Positions 26,268-39,200 of a DNA stretch of 64,000 nucleotides are shown here, one piece after another (position 1 is the first letter of the stretch; each line of letters begins with the position of its first letter). Source of the stretch: the human T2T-CHM13v2.0 reference genome, Homo sapiens; the NCBI RefSeq assembly GCF_009914755.1, contig NC_060939.1, one strand, 5' to 3'. A program made the translations under genes and the position numbers. The notes below the pieces were generated by a model. The model was not told the origin of the DNA. It saw only the letters and a program-made list of their open reading frames with translations, and did no database searches.

Positions 26268-27686
26268 TCCAAGAGCCAGCTTAAAGTCTCCCACTGGCTA
26301 ATATGGGACAATCTGAGTACCAAAATAAATAATGATTATGTTAGATTACATTAAATAAAATTAAAAATCAGAGTCCAGATAACAAGAGAATGTAAGCATT
26401 TTCCTCACAGATCTTTAACTAATAAGGAAATCATTAATGGATTCTAAACCTAGTAAGTGACAGTTTGATAAGGTACTGTATATTTACACAGCCTCGAAGT
26501 GCTTCTCCACAAATTGCTTACTAATATCAAAAGAGAAAACAGAAACTTTAAAGTAGAAAAGCTTGACACTACATTACATTAACAAAGTAATCAAAGTTAA
26601 CAAGCAGGATGAATTCACATCATATACCTCCTAAAGTGATGTACTGAGGACACATCGTCATTCGTGTGATATTCTGCCTAAAATGCAAAACCTGAATCTA
26701 ATCATGATGAAACATCACCTAAATTGAGAAGACATCCTTCAAAATATCTGTTCTGTAGTCTTCAAAAATGGCAAAGTCAAGAAAGAGAAAGGCTGAAGAA
26801 CTGTTCCAGATTAAAGGAGACCAAACAGACCTGGCAACTAAATGGATCAAGAAGAAAATAACTATAAAAGACATCATTCAGATAATGACAAATTTTGAAT
26901 ATCTACTGTGTATTATATAATAATACTGTATGAATGTTAAATTTCCACATTTTGAACACTGAATTGTGGTCATATAAAAGAATGTCCTTAATTCTTAGGA
27001 AATACATATTGAAGTATTTAAGGATGAAGGAGTATGTTGGCTTCAAATACTCTTAAATGGTTCAGGAAGAAAAGTAATATGCATATATTTATATATGTGT
27101 GCAGGTAGATATGTGTATATGGATGTATGTATATTTACAGACACGTGTTTCATACACACAAAGAGAGAAAGGAAAGAATAAAACTAATGGGGCAAAATTA
27201 GCAATTGGTAAGTCTGGCAAAAGTATATATGAGAATTCATATATGGATATATATCATATATGGATGTATGTATATTTACAGACACGTGTGTTTCATACAC
27301 ACAAAGAGAGAAAGGAAAGAATAAAACCAATGGGGCAATTGGTAAATCTGGCAAAAGGATATATGAGAATTCCTCATAGTCTTCTCACAACCTTTCTTAA
27401 ATTTAAAATTATAATGAAATTAAAAATTACCAAAAATGATACAGGGGAGTATTTTCATGATTTTCAGGTAGAAAGAAATAATTAGGACACAAAAAGCACT
27501 AATCATAAAGGAAAAATTTAATAACCAAGCTTCATTAAAATTAAGAACAGATCCTATTCAAAAGATGGTATTAAAAAATGAAAAAGCAAGCTACAGAGTA
27601 GGAGAAGTGCCAAAGGTGCCAAAGGTCTTAGATTCAAGATAAAGAACTCCTTAAATCAATTGCAAAAAGAGAAAGACACTGAGTCA

Positions 27687-27815
<129 letters not shown>

Positions 27816-28119
27816 AAAAAAAGAAGAGGAAGAGGAAGAAGAAGACAGAGACTGAGTCAAAAAAGAAGTCTACTGGGTCAATAAAAAAATGGGGAGGAAA
27901 CTTGAGTAGGCACTTCACAAATGATATCTAAATGGCCAATAATCAAACAAAGAAGTACTAAGAATCAGTCATCAAAATTTACCAAAAAAATTTTTTTAAT
28001 AAATAAATGATTATACTGTGTACTGGTGAGGATCTGGGGCAACTCCTCCCATACACTACCGACAGGAAATGAAACTGGTAGCCCCACTTTGGAAATCTGG
28101 TATTATCTACAAATACATG

Positions 28120-29040
28120 ACCTGGCCTCCAGTCTCAACTTGTACTATTCTTTTCCTTCTTTGCCATGCTCCAAAATCAGACTTTCATGCAGTTCCCCAT
28201 AAGCACCAAGCTCCATCCTAATTCAGGACATTTACACAGAATTCTTCCTTCTGTATGGAATAGCCTGCCCCTCTATAATGCACATTTATTGGCTTCTTCC
28301 CTAGCATTCATTCTCTACATCCTCCTTTCCTAATAGTTCAATTTTTGTTGGGGTCCCTTGTGGTTCTAGGTAAGCACCTTTTGTCCCTAACTCCAGGGTG
28401 CAGCACATGACCTTGCCTAAGTCAATCTGCTCGCCTAGCCACAACAACTGATCCAGAGGTGAGCATGTGACCTAAGGTGATCAAAACTTAGGATCTCAGA
28501 TCTTTTACTGGAATGTTAGAGAAAAGACTCTCCTACTGGCCATATGTTAGGGAATATACAGCTTTGGAAACTACTGCTAAGCATCTAGGGATCATAAAGA
28601 CAGCAAGCCTTAAAATAATGGCAACAGAACAGAAGCCAGAGTAAGTGGAGGAAAAGCAATCAAATTTTTGATGACACTGTTGAGCCACTGGATCAATTCT
28701 TATCTGAAGCCAACTCTACTTGCTACTGAAAGCATTCTAAGAGAGTATTCCTCTTAGCCCAGCCAAAGCCTAATGATCTTTCGAATCCCAACTTAAATGT
28801 AACGTCCTAAGGCTAAGTTTTCTTCAACCCCGAGACTTGGCCAGGATTCCTTTTATATACTCAAACCAACTTGTACTCCTTTGTAACACTTAACCACAAT
28901 TATATTTTAAGTCATACACTTAATGTGTTTACTCTGTCTTCCATTAGACAGTAAGTTTCTGAAGGACTAGGTTTTGTTCACTATTCTCACTGTGTAGGAT
29001 GGTGTCTGGCACATAAATATGTATGAATAAATGAATAACT
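28120..29040 (+). mobile_element. L2 3' region interrupted by an MLT1K/L-like LTR (~28340-28780)
   Basis: L2 tail atgaataaatgaat; MLT1 motif ttgagccactggatcaa. Confidence 0.6.
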
Positions 29041-29899
29041 GGCAGAATGATTTTTAAAAAGCATCAATAAATGAACATTATTGGGAAATGAGGTGTTCTA
29101 CATAAATTGATAACTTAGGTTTGCCCCGCTAAGCACAAATTCTTTTTGGTTTTATTATTTTGTATGAAAATCTCTGAACACATTTCCTTGACCTCTGCGA
29201 CAGAGGCTACTAAAGAAACTTACTCTTTTCTTGATAACTTCAGGTTACCACTATGAACACCAACTTCTATATGATACTATAATTTAATTATGCCTCAGGA
29301 GTTATAGAAATACAAAAGACAGTTGTCCTAAAATAAATGGGCACAGACAAAAGTGTTGTTAAAGATTTTTTAGTTCTTTACTTCCTGATGATTAAGAAGA
29401 ACACAAAAGCTTAATTCTTAATTATTTTCTCCTCTTCCCTAACAAGCTATTAGCTGTCAATTCTTATTTGGTAGGCTTATGGGAAATGTACTATTACAGT
29501 TCTGAATAAGGAACTCAAGAATTCTGCAAGTACAGTGAATATACTTACAGTGTGTGGACTATCTGTTGTGTATGATCATAAGCATTTTTCATTTACTTTC
29601 AGGTTTTTGGACATATTCCTTAGAGTCACAATTGGCAGATAAGAAAAACTTTACTATATCTTACCTGCTAGAGTTTTAAAACAGAGATCAATAGGAAATA
29701 GTATGCAGCTATAAAAAGAAACGAAGATCTCTAACACTCTAGGATATATTGCTAAGTGAAAAGAAAAAAACAAAACTCCCAAGATACTAAAATATATTAC
29801 CTTTAGGTTCAAAAAAGAAAAACACATGTATATACATATAAATGTATACATTCATTTTGAAAATATAAAAGATAAATCAAACATTAAGAAAAATGATTA

Positions 29900-30950
29900 C
29901 CCATGCACCCATTAAAATGGCTACCATCAAAAAAACAGAAAATAAAAAATGTTGGTGAGGATGTGGAAAAACTGGAACCCTTGTGCACTGTTGGTAGGAA
30001 TTTTAAATGTTGCAGCCACTGCGGAAAACACTATGACAGTTCCTCCAAACATTAAAAATAGATTTACCATATTATCTACAAGTTCCACTTTTGGTTACGT
30101 ACCCGAAATAACTGAAAACAGTTCTTTACTATTTTATTTATTTATTTACTTTTTGGAGACAGAGTCTTGCTCTGACACAAAGGCTAGAGTGTAGTGATAT
30201 GATCATGGCTCACTGCAACCTCCGCCTCCTGGGTTCAAGCGATTCTCATGCCTCAGCCTCTCATGTAGCTGGGACTAAAGGTGCATATCACCATGCCAGC
30301 TAATTTTTTGTATTTTTAGTAGAGCCAGGGTTTCGCCATGTTGGCCAAGCTGGTCTCAAACTCCTGACCTCAAGTGAGCCAACTGGCTCGGCCTTCCAAA
30401 GTGCTAGGATTACAGGCGTAAGCCATTGCGTCTGGCCTGAAAACAGTCTTGAAGAGATATCTGTACACCCATGTTCATAGCATCAACATTCACAATAGCT
30501 AAAAAGGGGAAACAGCCCAAGTGTCTGATGAATGGATAAGCAAAACGTAATATATTATTATTATTTATTTATAACAGAATATTATTCAGTCTTAAAGAGG
30601 AGGGAAATCTGACATATGCTACAACATGGATGAACCTTGAAGACATTATGCTAAATGAAATAAGCCAAACACAAAAAGACAAATACTGGATGATTTCACT
30701 TATATGTGGTACATAAAGTAGTCAAAATCACAGAGACAGCAAGTGGTACAGGAGCAGGGGGTGAAGGGAAATGGGAAATTATTGTTTAATGTATAGAGTT
30801 TCAATATTTCAAGACAAGGAGTTCTGAAGATGAATAATAGTGATAGCTGCACAACAATATGAATGTACTTAATACCACTGAACTGTATACTTAAAAATGG
30901 TTCAGATGGTAAATGTCATGTTATTTGTATTAGCACAATTTAAAAAAATT
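29900..30950 (+). mobile_element. L1MB 3' end with a reverse AluS at 30135-30437
   Basis: L1MB 3'UTR (ccactgaactgtatacttaaaaatgg); Alu TSD ctgaaaacagt. Confidence 0.88.
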
Positions 30951-31156
30951 AATGTTACCCACAAGGGAAGAAGAGGAAGAAGAGAGAAGAAAGCTGAATT
31001 TCTCTAAATGAACACTGTTTTATAGTTTGAATTTTGAACCATGTAAATGCTGCATATGCTATTAAATTAAAATTAAATCAAAGGAAAAAGAATTCCCTAA
31101 AAATCAAAAAGAAGCTGAGGACAGTGGAATCTCTTTTGTCAAGATACTAAGAAAGA

Positions 31157-31450
31157 CCAGGCATAGTAGCTCATGCCTGTAATCCCAGCCCTGTGGAAGA
31201 AGGCCAAAGCAGGAGGATCACTTGAGGTCAGGAGTTCAAGATCACCTGGGCAACAAAGCAAGACCCTATCGCTACAAAAAAATTAAAAATAAAAAACTGG
31301 CATGCACCTATAGTTCCAAGCTACTTAGGAGGCTGAGGTGGGAGGACTGCTTGAGCCCAGGTGATAAAAACTGCAGTGAGCTATGATTGTGCCGCTGCAC
31401 TCCAGACTGGGTGACAGAGAGACTCTGTCTCCAGAAGAAAAAAAAAAAGA
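31157..31450 (+). mobile_element. AluJ
   Basis: Diverged dimer; TSD aagataYtaaga. Confidence 0.9.
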
Positions 31451-31702
31451 TATTAAGAGAAAAAAAATCTGTCAACCTAGACTTCTATCCCCTCTAAGAC
31501 CATTTTTCAAAATTAGGGCAGATTAAAAAAAAAGAAATCTTCTGGCAAACAAAAGCATAGTTTATGACCAAAAGACCCAAAAGCAGACCAACAGAAAATA
31601 ACCCCAAATGACAGATATGAAAAATCAAAACCTTAGAACTGAGGAAGAGTATGAAGTGGGAGGGATGAAATAAGAGCATACAACAAATAGATGCTCTCCT
31701 GC

Positions 31703-32005
31703 TCTTTCTTTTTTTCTTTTATTTGAGACGGAGTCTCGCTCTATAGCCCAGGTTGGAGTGCAGTGGCACGATCTTGGCTCACTGAAAGCTCCGCCTCCCG
31801 GGTTCATGCCATTCTCCTGCCTCAGCCTCCTGAGTAGCTGGGACTACAGGCGCCCACCACGACGCCAGGCTAATTTTTTGTATTTTTAGCAGAGACGGGG
31901 TTTCACCGTGTTAGCCAGGATGGTCTCGGTCTCCTGACCTTGTGATCCGCCCGTCTAGGCCTCCCAAAGTGCTGGGATTACAGGCGTGAGCCACCGTGCC
32001 CGGCC
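31703..32005 (-). mobile_element. AluY
   Basis: CpG-rich young Alu; TSD tctcctgctctttc. Confidence 0.93.
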
Positions 32006-32853
32006 CTCTCCTGCTCTTTCAACCAGAAGAAGGGGCTCTGCCCTGAGCGCCACACTTCAGAAGGTTGTACCTATCAAAAATACCAAAATCCAAAAGGAAT
32101 CAGTAACTAATTGAGTAAACACAAATTAAGAGAGAGGGACTCACAAACTAAACTTAGGGTCCCCCCAGGCCAGACAATAAGAGAGAAGGAAGAAGGCAAA
32201 TCAGCATCAGTGCTGGAAAAAACAGAGCAAGAATATGTGCTTTTGATTAAGGTTGGTCACCCCAACTATCCCAAAGGAATTATCGAGGCAGACTGGACTC
32301 CATGTATACCTCCATTCCTTTCTCCTCCTCAATTTGAGTAGTTTAAGAAGATGTTTGGAATTGCCTGAAAAATCTTGAGTTAGAAAAGTAAAGTGTGGGA
32401 GACAGAAACCTGTTTTCCCTGGCTCTCTGGGGAATTTCACATCGGTCCCCATACCAGATTCAAGACCTACTCTAGCCCAACTTCTACCCTACCTAGCCCA
32501 GGGAGAGTAGGTTCCTTTAAGACTTGGCTAGACCCTGGGTAGGAGGCCAGGTCAGGCTGTTAGCATCCATTGATTTGTAACTATTTAATATTAAGAAATT
32601 TTAAAAGCTGGCTTCCACTTGTATTCCTAACCTAGGTACCATAAGTGTTAGAGGCAAGCCTGAGGAGCAGCAGGGTTCCTGGGCTCTAAGGTTGAATAGT
32701 ACATTCATAGCTGCTCACTTTATCACTGTGCTTTATGACAATGTGTTCCATAGGGTATCTTGAATGAAACAACTATTACATTAAAAAAGATAAAAGAAAG
32801 GAAGAAAAGAGAAAGGCAAAAAAACTAAGGCTAGTCTTTAAGATATCACTTAC

Positions 32854-32859
32854 CATCAT
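32854..32859 (-). CDS. SCAPER: SCAPER CDS start (Met-Met)
   Basis: AAGA-ATG-ATG immediately before the donor, in frame with ASFQRS of exon 3. Confidence 0.88.
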
Positions 32860-32918
32860 TCTTTAAATTCTCTTCTATGCCAAGATCATTTATCACATAA
32901 ACCCATGGAGTATGACTC
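32854..32918 (-). other. SCAPER: SCAPER exon 2 (65 nt: 59 nt 5'UTR plus ATG ATG)
   Basis: Acceptor TTTTTTATTGTAG|GAG; donor ATGATG|GTAAGT; phase 0 matches exon 3. Confidence 0.9.
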
Positions 32919-33167
32919 CTACAATAAAAAATATATATACGCTTAGTTATAACATTACCAGAAAACCATAATTATTCATAAAAAGATACAAATCTCATCC
33001 CCACACTTACATTAAACAACAACAAAAAAAACTGCTCCTTTATATTACCTGTTGGGGTATAATATAGCATGCTTTAAATATTCCATGCTGAACAAGACCT
33101 CAGTGCTCTCCAAAAAATAAAAATAAAATGGAAAAGAAACAGTATTAATTACATGGACATCCTAACC

Positions 33168-33375
33168 CAGAGGGGTTCCAAACTTTCTTACTACAACCCA
33201 TAAACACATACATGTTTTATATCTTACCCAGTTCATACACGTTTAACTGAATTAAAAATTTTGTAAAGTAACAGATGTACTCTAATATTTCCTTCTGTAT
33301 TCTATTTCAGTTTTTAAATGCTGCTTTCACTGAACTGACTCACTAATGAGTCTGAACTCAGTATAGAAAATCCTG
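33168..33375. mobile_element. hAT-Charlie-type MITE remnant
   Basis: Degenerate CAG...CTG terminal inverted repeats and AT-rich body. Confidence 0.45.
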
Positions 33376-33719
33376 TGTAACTTTCCTTAAGAATGTTCAT
33401 AAACTAAGATTTTATCAGAATATCTTAATTAACAATTACATAAGGCTGTAAGTACAACAGCCCGTACCTTTCAGGTAACCTATTTAATGTGGCCACACTT
33501 TTACTCAAAGAAATCCAAGTCAGGGAAACTAGACAGAACACAGGGACTGGGAAATTGCTTAACAAACAACAACAACAACAACAAAAATGACCTAACTCTG
33601 TATGAAGAGTCAGTGAACAAAGAAAAGAAAGCAGCAAATGGAACCAAACCTCCTTCTGGAAGAAAATCTAGATCATTTATCCTTTGTCAATAAATATGCT
33701 CCTTTAAAATGCAGTACCA

Positions 33720-34230
33720 GTAAACATATGTCCGGATAAAAATTTATATGCAAATGTTCACAGCAGCATTATTCATAACAGCTAAAAAGTAGAAACAACC
33801 CAAATACCTATCAACTGATGAATGGATAAATAAAATGTATATTCACACAATGAATAAAAGGACATAAAAATGGATAGACCAAAAAAAAGGAAGAAAGTGC
33901 TAATATATGCTACAATATGGATGAAATTTAAAAACATCATGCTAAGTGAAAGAAGCCAGTTATAAAAGAACACATATTGTATGATTCCACATACGTGAAA
34001 TGTCCAGAACAGTCAAATCCATAGTGTCAGAAAACAGAGGTTGCTGAAGGCTGCGGGGTTAGGAGAAAATGAGAGTAACTGCTAATAAGCACACGGTTTC
34101 TTTAGGGGGTGATGAAAATGTTCTAAAATTAATTATGGTGATGGCTGCAAAACTCTGTGAATATACTAAAAACCATTTTTAAATGGGGAAATTATATTGT
34201 AAATGAATCATTTATCAGTAAAGCTATTAT
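33720..34230 (+). mobile_element. L1MB/ME 3' end
   Basis: catgctaagtgaaagaagccag...gatgaaaatgttctaaaatt. Confidence 0.8.
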
Positions 34231-34517
34231 ATTTTTTTAAATGTACTACCTCTGCTCACAAACCTCCAACCTCTCTCCATCTCACTCGGAGGAAAAGCCA
34301 AAGTCCTCACAGTAGGTTATCATGTCCAAAATTTTCCAATTCCATACACCCCTTCTCCCCAGCATTCACTGTACTCCAATCACACTGGCCTCCTTATGCT
34401 TCCCAGCATGCCAGACATATTCTAGCATTAGGGCTTTATACCTGTTGGACCTCCCATGTGGAACACTCCCAATTCACTTTGCACAAATGTCACTCTCAAT
34501 GAGGCCTTCCCATATAA

Positions 34518-34917
<400 letters not shown>

Positions 34918-35238
34918 TGAAACAAAAGAAGACTAAACATTCATCTGTTGATAGACACAGGCTGATTTCATATCTTTACTACTGTGAATATGCTGCAATA
35001 AACATATAAGTGCAGGTATCATTTTGGTATATTGATTTCCATTGGGTAGATACCCAGTAGTGGGATTGTTGGATCAAATGGTAATTCTACTTTTTAGCTT
35101 TTTAAGACATCCCCATACTGTTTTCCATAAAGGGTATAATAATTCACATTCCCACAAAATTGTACATGAACCCCATAAATTTATATAAATTTTTTAAAAG
35201 GATGCTAACAATGTGAAAATGTATAAAAATAAAACTCA

Positions 35239-35541
<303 letters not shown>

Positions 35542-35549
35542 TTAAAAAA

Positions 35550-36210
35550 ACATATGCTGGCAAGGTTCTGGAGAAAAAGGAACACTTATACACTGTTGGT
35601 GGGAGTGTAAATGAAGTTCAGCCATTGTGGAAGATAGTGTGGTGATTCCTCAAAGACCTAAAGACACAAATATAATTCAATCCCATTACTGGGTATATAC
35701 CCAAGGGAACATAAATCATTCTATTATAAAGACACATACACCTGTATGCGCATTGCAGCACAATTCACAATAGCAAAGACATGGAATCAACCTAAATGCC
35801 CTCAATGATTGACTGGATAAAGAAAGTGTGGTACATATACACCAGGGAATACTATGCAGTCATTAAAAAGAATGAGATCATGTCCTTTGCAGGGACATGA
35901 ATGTAGCTAGAGGCCATCATCCTTAGCAAACTAATGCAGGAACAGAAAACCAAACACCGCATGTTCTCACTTATATGTGAGAGCTAAATGATGAGAACAC
36001 ATGGACACATAGAGGGGAACAACACACACTGGGGCCTTTTGGAGAATGGAGTGTGGGAGGAGGGAGGGGGTGAGGAAAAATAATTGATGGGTACTAGGTT
36101 GAATACTTCGGTAATGAAATAATCTGTACAACAAAGTCCCATGACACAAGTTTACCAACATAACAAACCTGCACTTGTACCCCTGAACTTAAAATAAAAG
36201 TTTCAAAAAA
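35550..36210 (+). mobile_element. L1PA (11-14-like) 3' end
   Basis: L1 3'UTR ending gtacccctgaacttaaaataaaagtt. Confidence 0.88.
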
Positions 36211-36218
36211 AGAAAGTC

Positions 36219-39200
36219 TGAGTCCGTTCCAAGATGGCCAAACAGGAACACCTCCAGTCTGCAGCTTCCAGCATAAGTGACACAGAAGACAGGTGATTTC
36301 TGCATTTCCAACTGATGTACCTGCTTAATCTCATTGGGACTGGTTGGACAGTGGGTACAACCCACAGAGGGTGAGCCAAAGCAGGCCGGGGCATCGCCTC
36401 ACCAGGGAAGCACAAGGGGTTGGGGATTTCTCATTCCTAGCCAAGGGAAGCCGTGGCAGACTGTACCTGGAAAATCGGTACACTCTCGCCCAAATACCGC
36501 GCTTTTCCCACAGTCTTAGTAACCCACAGACTAGGAGATCCTCTCCCATGCCTGGCTCGGTGGGTCCCACACCCACGGAGCCTTGTCACTGCTAGTGTAG
36601 CAGTCTAAGATCAACCTGCAAGGCTGCAGCCCAGTCAGGGAGGAGCGTCCACAATTGCTGAGGCATGAGTAGGTAAACAAAGCAGCCAGGAGGCTCGAAC
36701 TAGGCAGAGCCCCCCCACAGCTCAGCAAGGCCTACTTGCCTCTATAGACTCCACCTCTGTGGGCAGGGCATAGCTGAACAAAAAGCAGCAGACAACTTGT
36801 GCAGACTTAAACGTCCCTGTCTGATGGCTCTGAAGAGAGCAGTGCTTCTCCCAGCATGGCGTTTGACCTCTGAGGACAGACAGACTGCCTCCTCACATGG
36901 GTCCCTGACCCCCGTGTAGCCTAACTGGGAGACACCTCCCAGGAGGGGCCAACAGACACCTCATACAGGCAAGGGTCCCTCTGGAACAAAGCTTCCAGAG
37001 GAGGGTCAGGCAGCAATATTTGCTGTTCTGCAATATTTGCTGTTCTGCAGCCTCTGCTGGTGATACCCAGGCAAACAGTGTCTGGAGTGGACCTCCAGCA
37101 AACTCCAACAGACCTGCAGCTGAGGGACCTGACTGTTAGAAGGAAAACTAACAAACAGAAAGGAACAGCATCAACATCAACCAAAAGGACATCCACACCA
37201 AAACCTCATCTGTAGGTCACCAACATCAAAGACCAAAGGTAGATAAAACCACAAAGATGGGGAGAAACCAGAGCAGAAAAGCTGAAAATTCTAAAAACCA
37301 GAGTGCTTCTTCTCCTTCAAAGGATCGCAGCTCCTCACCAGCAACAGAACAAAGCTGGATGGAGAATGATGAGTTGACAGAAGTAGGCTTCGGAAGGTCG
37401 GTAATAACAAACTTCTCCAAACTAAAGGAACATGTTCTAACCCATTGCAAGGAAGCTCAAAAACCTTGAAAAAAGGTTAGACGAATGGCTAACTAGAATG
37501 AACAGTGGAGAGAAGACCTTAAATGACCTGATGGAACTGAAAACCATGGCAAGAGAACTTCGTGACGCATGCATAAGCCTCAGCAGCCGATTCAATCAAG
37601 TGGAAGAAAGGATATCAGTGATTGAAGATCAAATTAATGAAATGAAGTAAGAAGACAAGATTAGACAAAAAAAAGAGTAAAAAGAAATGAACAAAGCCTT
37701 CAAGAAATATGCACTATGTGAAAAGACCAAATCTACGTCTGACTGGTGTACCTGAAACTGATGGAGTGAATGGAACCAAGTTGGAAAACACTCTTCAGGG
37801 TATTATCCAGGAGAACTTCCCCAACCTAGCAAGGCAGGCCAACATTCAAATTCAGGAAATACAGAGAACACCACAAACATACTCCTCGAGAAGAGGAACC
37901 CCAAGATACATAATTGTCAGATTCACCAAGGTTGAAATAAAGGAAAAAATGTTAAGGGCAGCCAGAGAGAAAGGTCAGGTTATTCACAAAGGGAAGCCCA
38001 TCAGACCAACAGCAGATCTCCTAGCAGTAACCCTACAAGGCAGAAGAGAGTAGGGGCCAATATTCAACATTCTTAAAGAAAAGAATTTTCAACCCAGAAT
38101 TTCATATCCAGCCAAACTAAGCTTCAGAAGTGAAGGAGAAATAAAATCCTTTACAGACAAGCAAATGCTGAGTGATTTTGTTACCACCAGGCCTGCCTTA
38201 TAAGAGCTCCTGAAGGAAGCACTAAACATGGAAAAGAACAACCGGTACCAGACACTGCAAAAACATGCCAAATGGTAAAGACCATCGATGCTATGAAGGA
38301 ACTGCATCAATTAATGGGCAAAATAACCAGCTAACATAATGACAGGATCAAATTCACACATAACAATATTAACCTTAAATGTAAATGGGCTAAATGCCCC
38401 AATTAAAAGACACAGACTGGCAAATTGGACAGAGTCAAGACCCATCAGTGTGCTGTATTCAGGAGACCCATCTCATGTGCAGAGACACACATAGGCTCAA
38501 ACTAAAGTATGGAGGAAGATCTACCAAGCAAATGGAGAGCAAAAAAAAGCAGGGGTCGCAATTCTAATCTCTGATAAAACAGACTTCAAACCAACACAGA
38601 TCAAAAAAGACAAAGAAGGCCATTACATAATGGTAAAGGGATCAATTCAACAAAAAGAACAACTATCCTAAATATATACGCACCCAATACATGGACACCC
38701 AGATTCATAAAGCAAGTCCTTAGAGACCTACAAAGAGACTTAGACTCCCACACAATAATAATGGGAGACTTTAACACCCTACTCTCAGTATTAGACAGAT
38801 TAATGAGACAGAAGGTTAACAAGGATATCCAGGACTTGAACTCACCTTTGCACCAAGCGGACCTAATAGACATCTACAGAACTCTCCACCCCAATTCAAC
38901 AGAATATTCATTCTTCTCAGCACCACGTTGCACTTATTCTAAAATTGACCACATAATTGGAAGTAAAGCACTCCTCAGCAAATGTAAAAGAAAAGAAATC
39001 ACAACAGTCTCTCAGACCACAGGGCAATCAAATTACAACTCAGGATTAAGAAACTCACTCAAAACTGCACAACTACATGGAAACTGAACAACCTGCTCCT
39101 GAATGACTACTGGGTAAATAATGAAATGAAGGCAGAAATAAAGATGTTCTTTGAAATCAATGAGAACAAAGACACAATGTACCAGAATCTCTAGGACACA

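Noticed and set aside
32100-32700. Possible ancient LTR downstream of exon 2
   Set aside because: Could not assign termini or a family with confidence
36331-36576. 81-aa minus-strand ORF resembling L1 ORF0
   Set aside because: It starts at GTG; the true ORF0 ATG is mutated and followed by an early stop
37013-37049. Tandem gcaatatttgctgttct duplication in the L1 5'UTR
   Set aside because: I recall this as a shared feature of L1PA5-7 5'UTRs rather than a locus-specific event (not verified)
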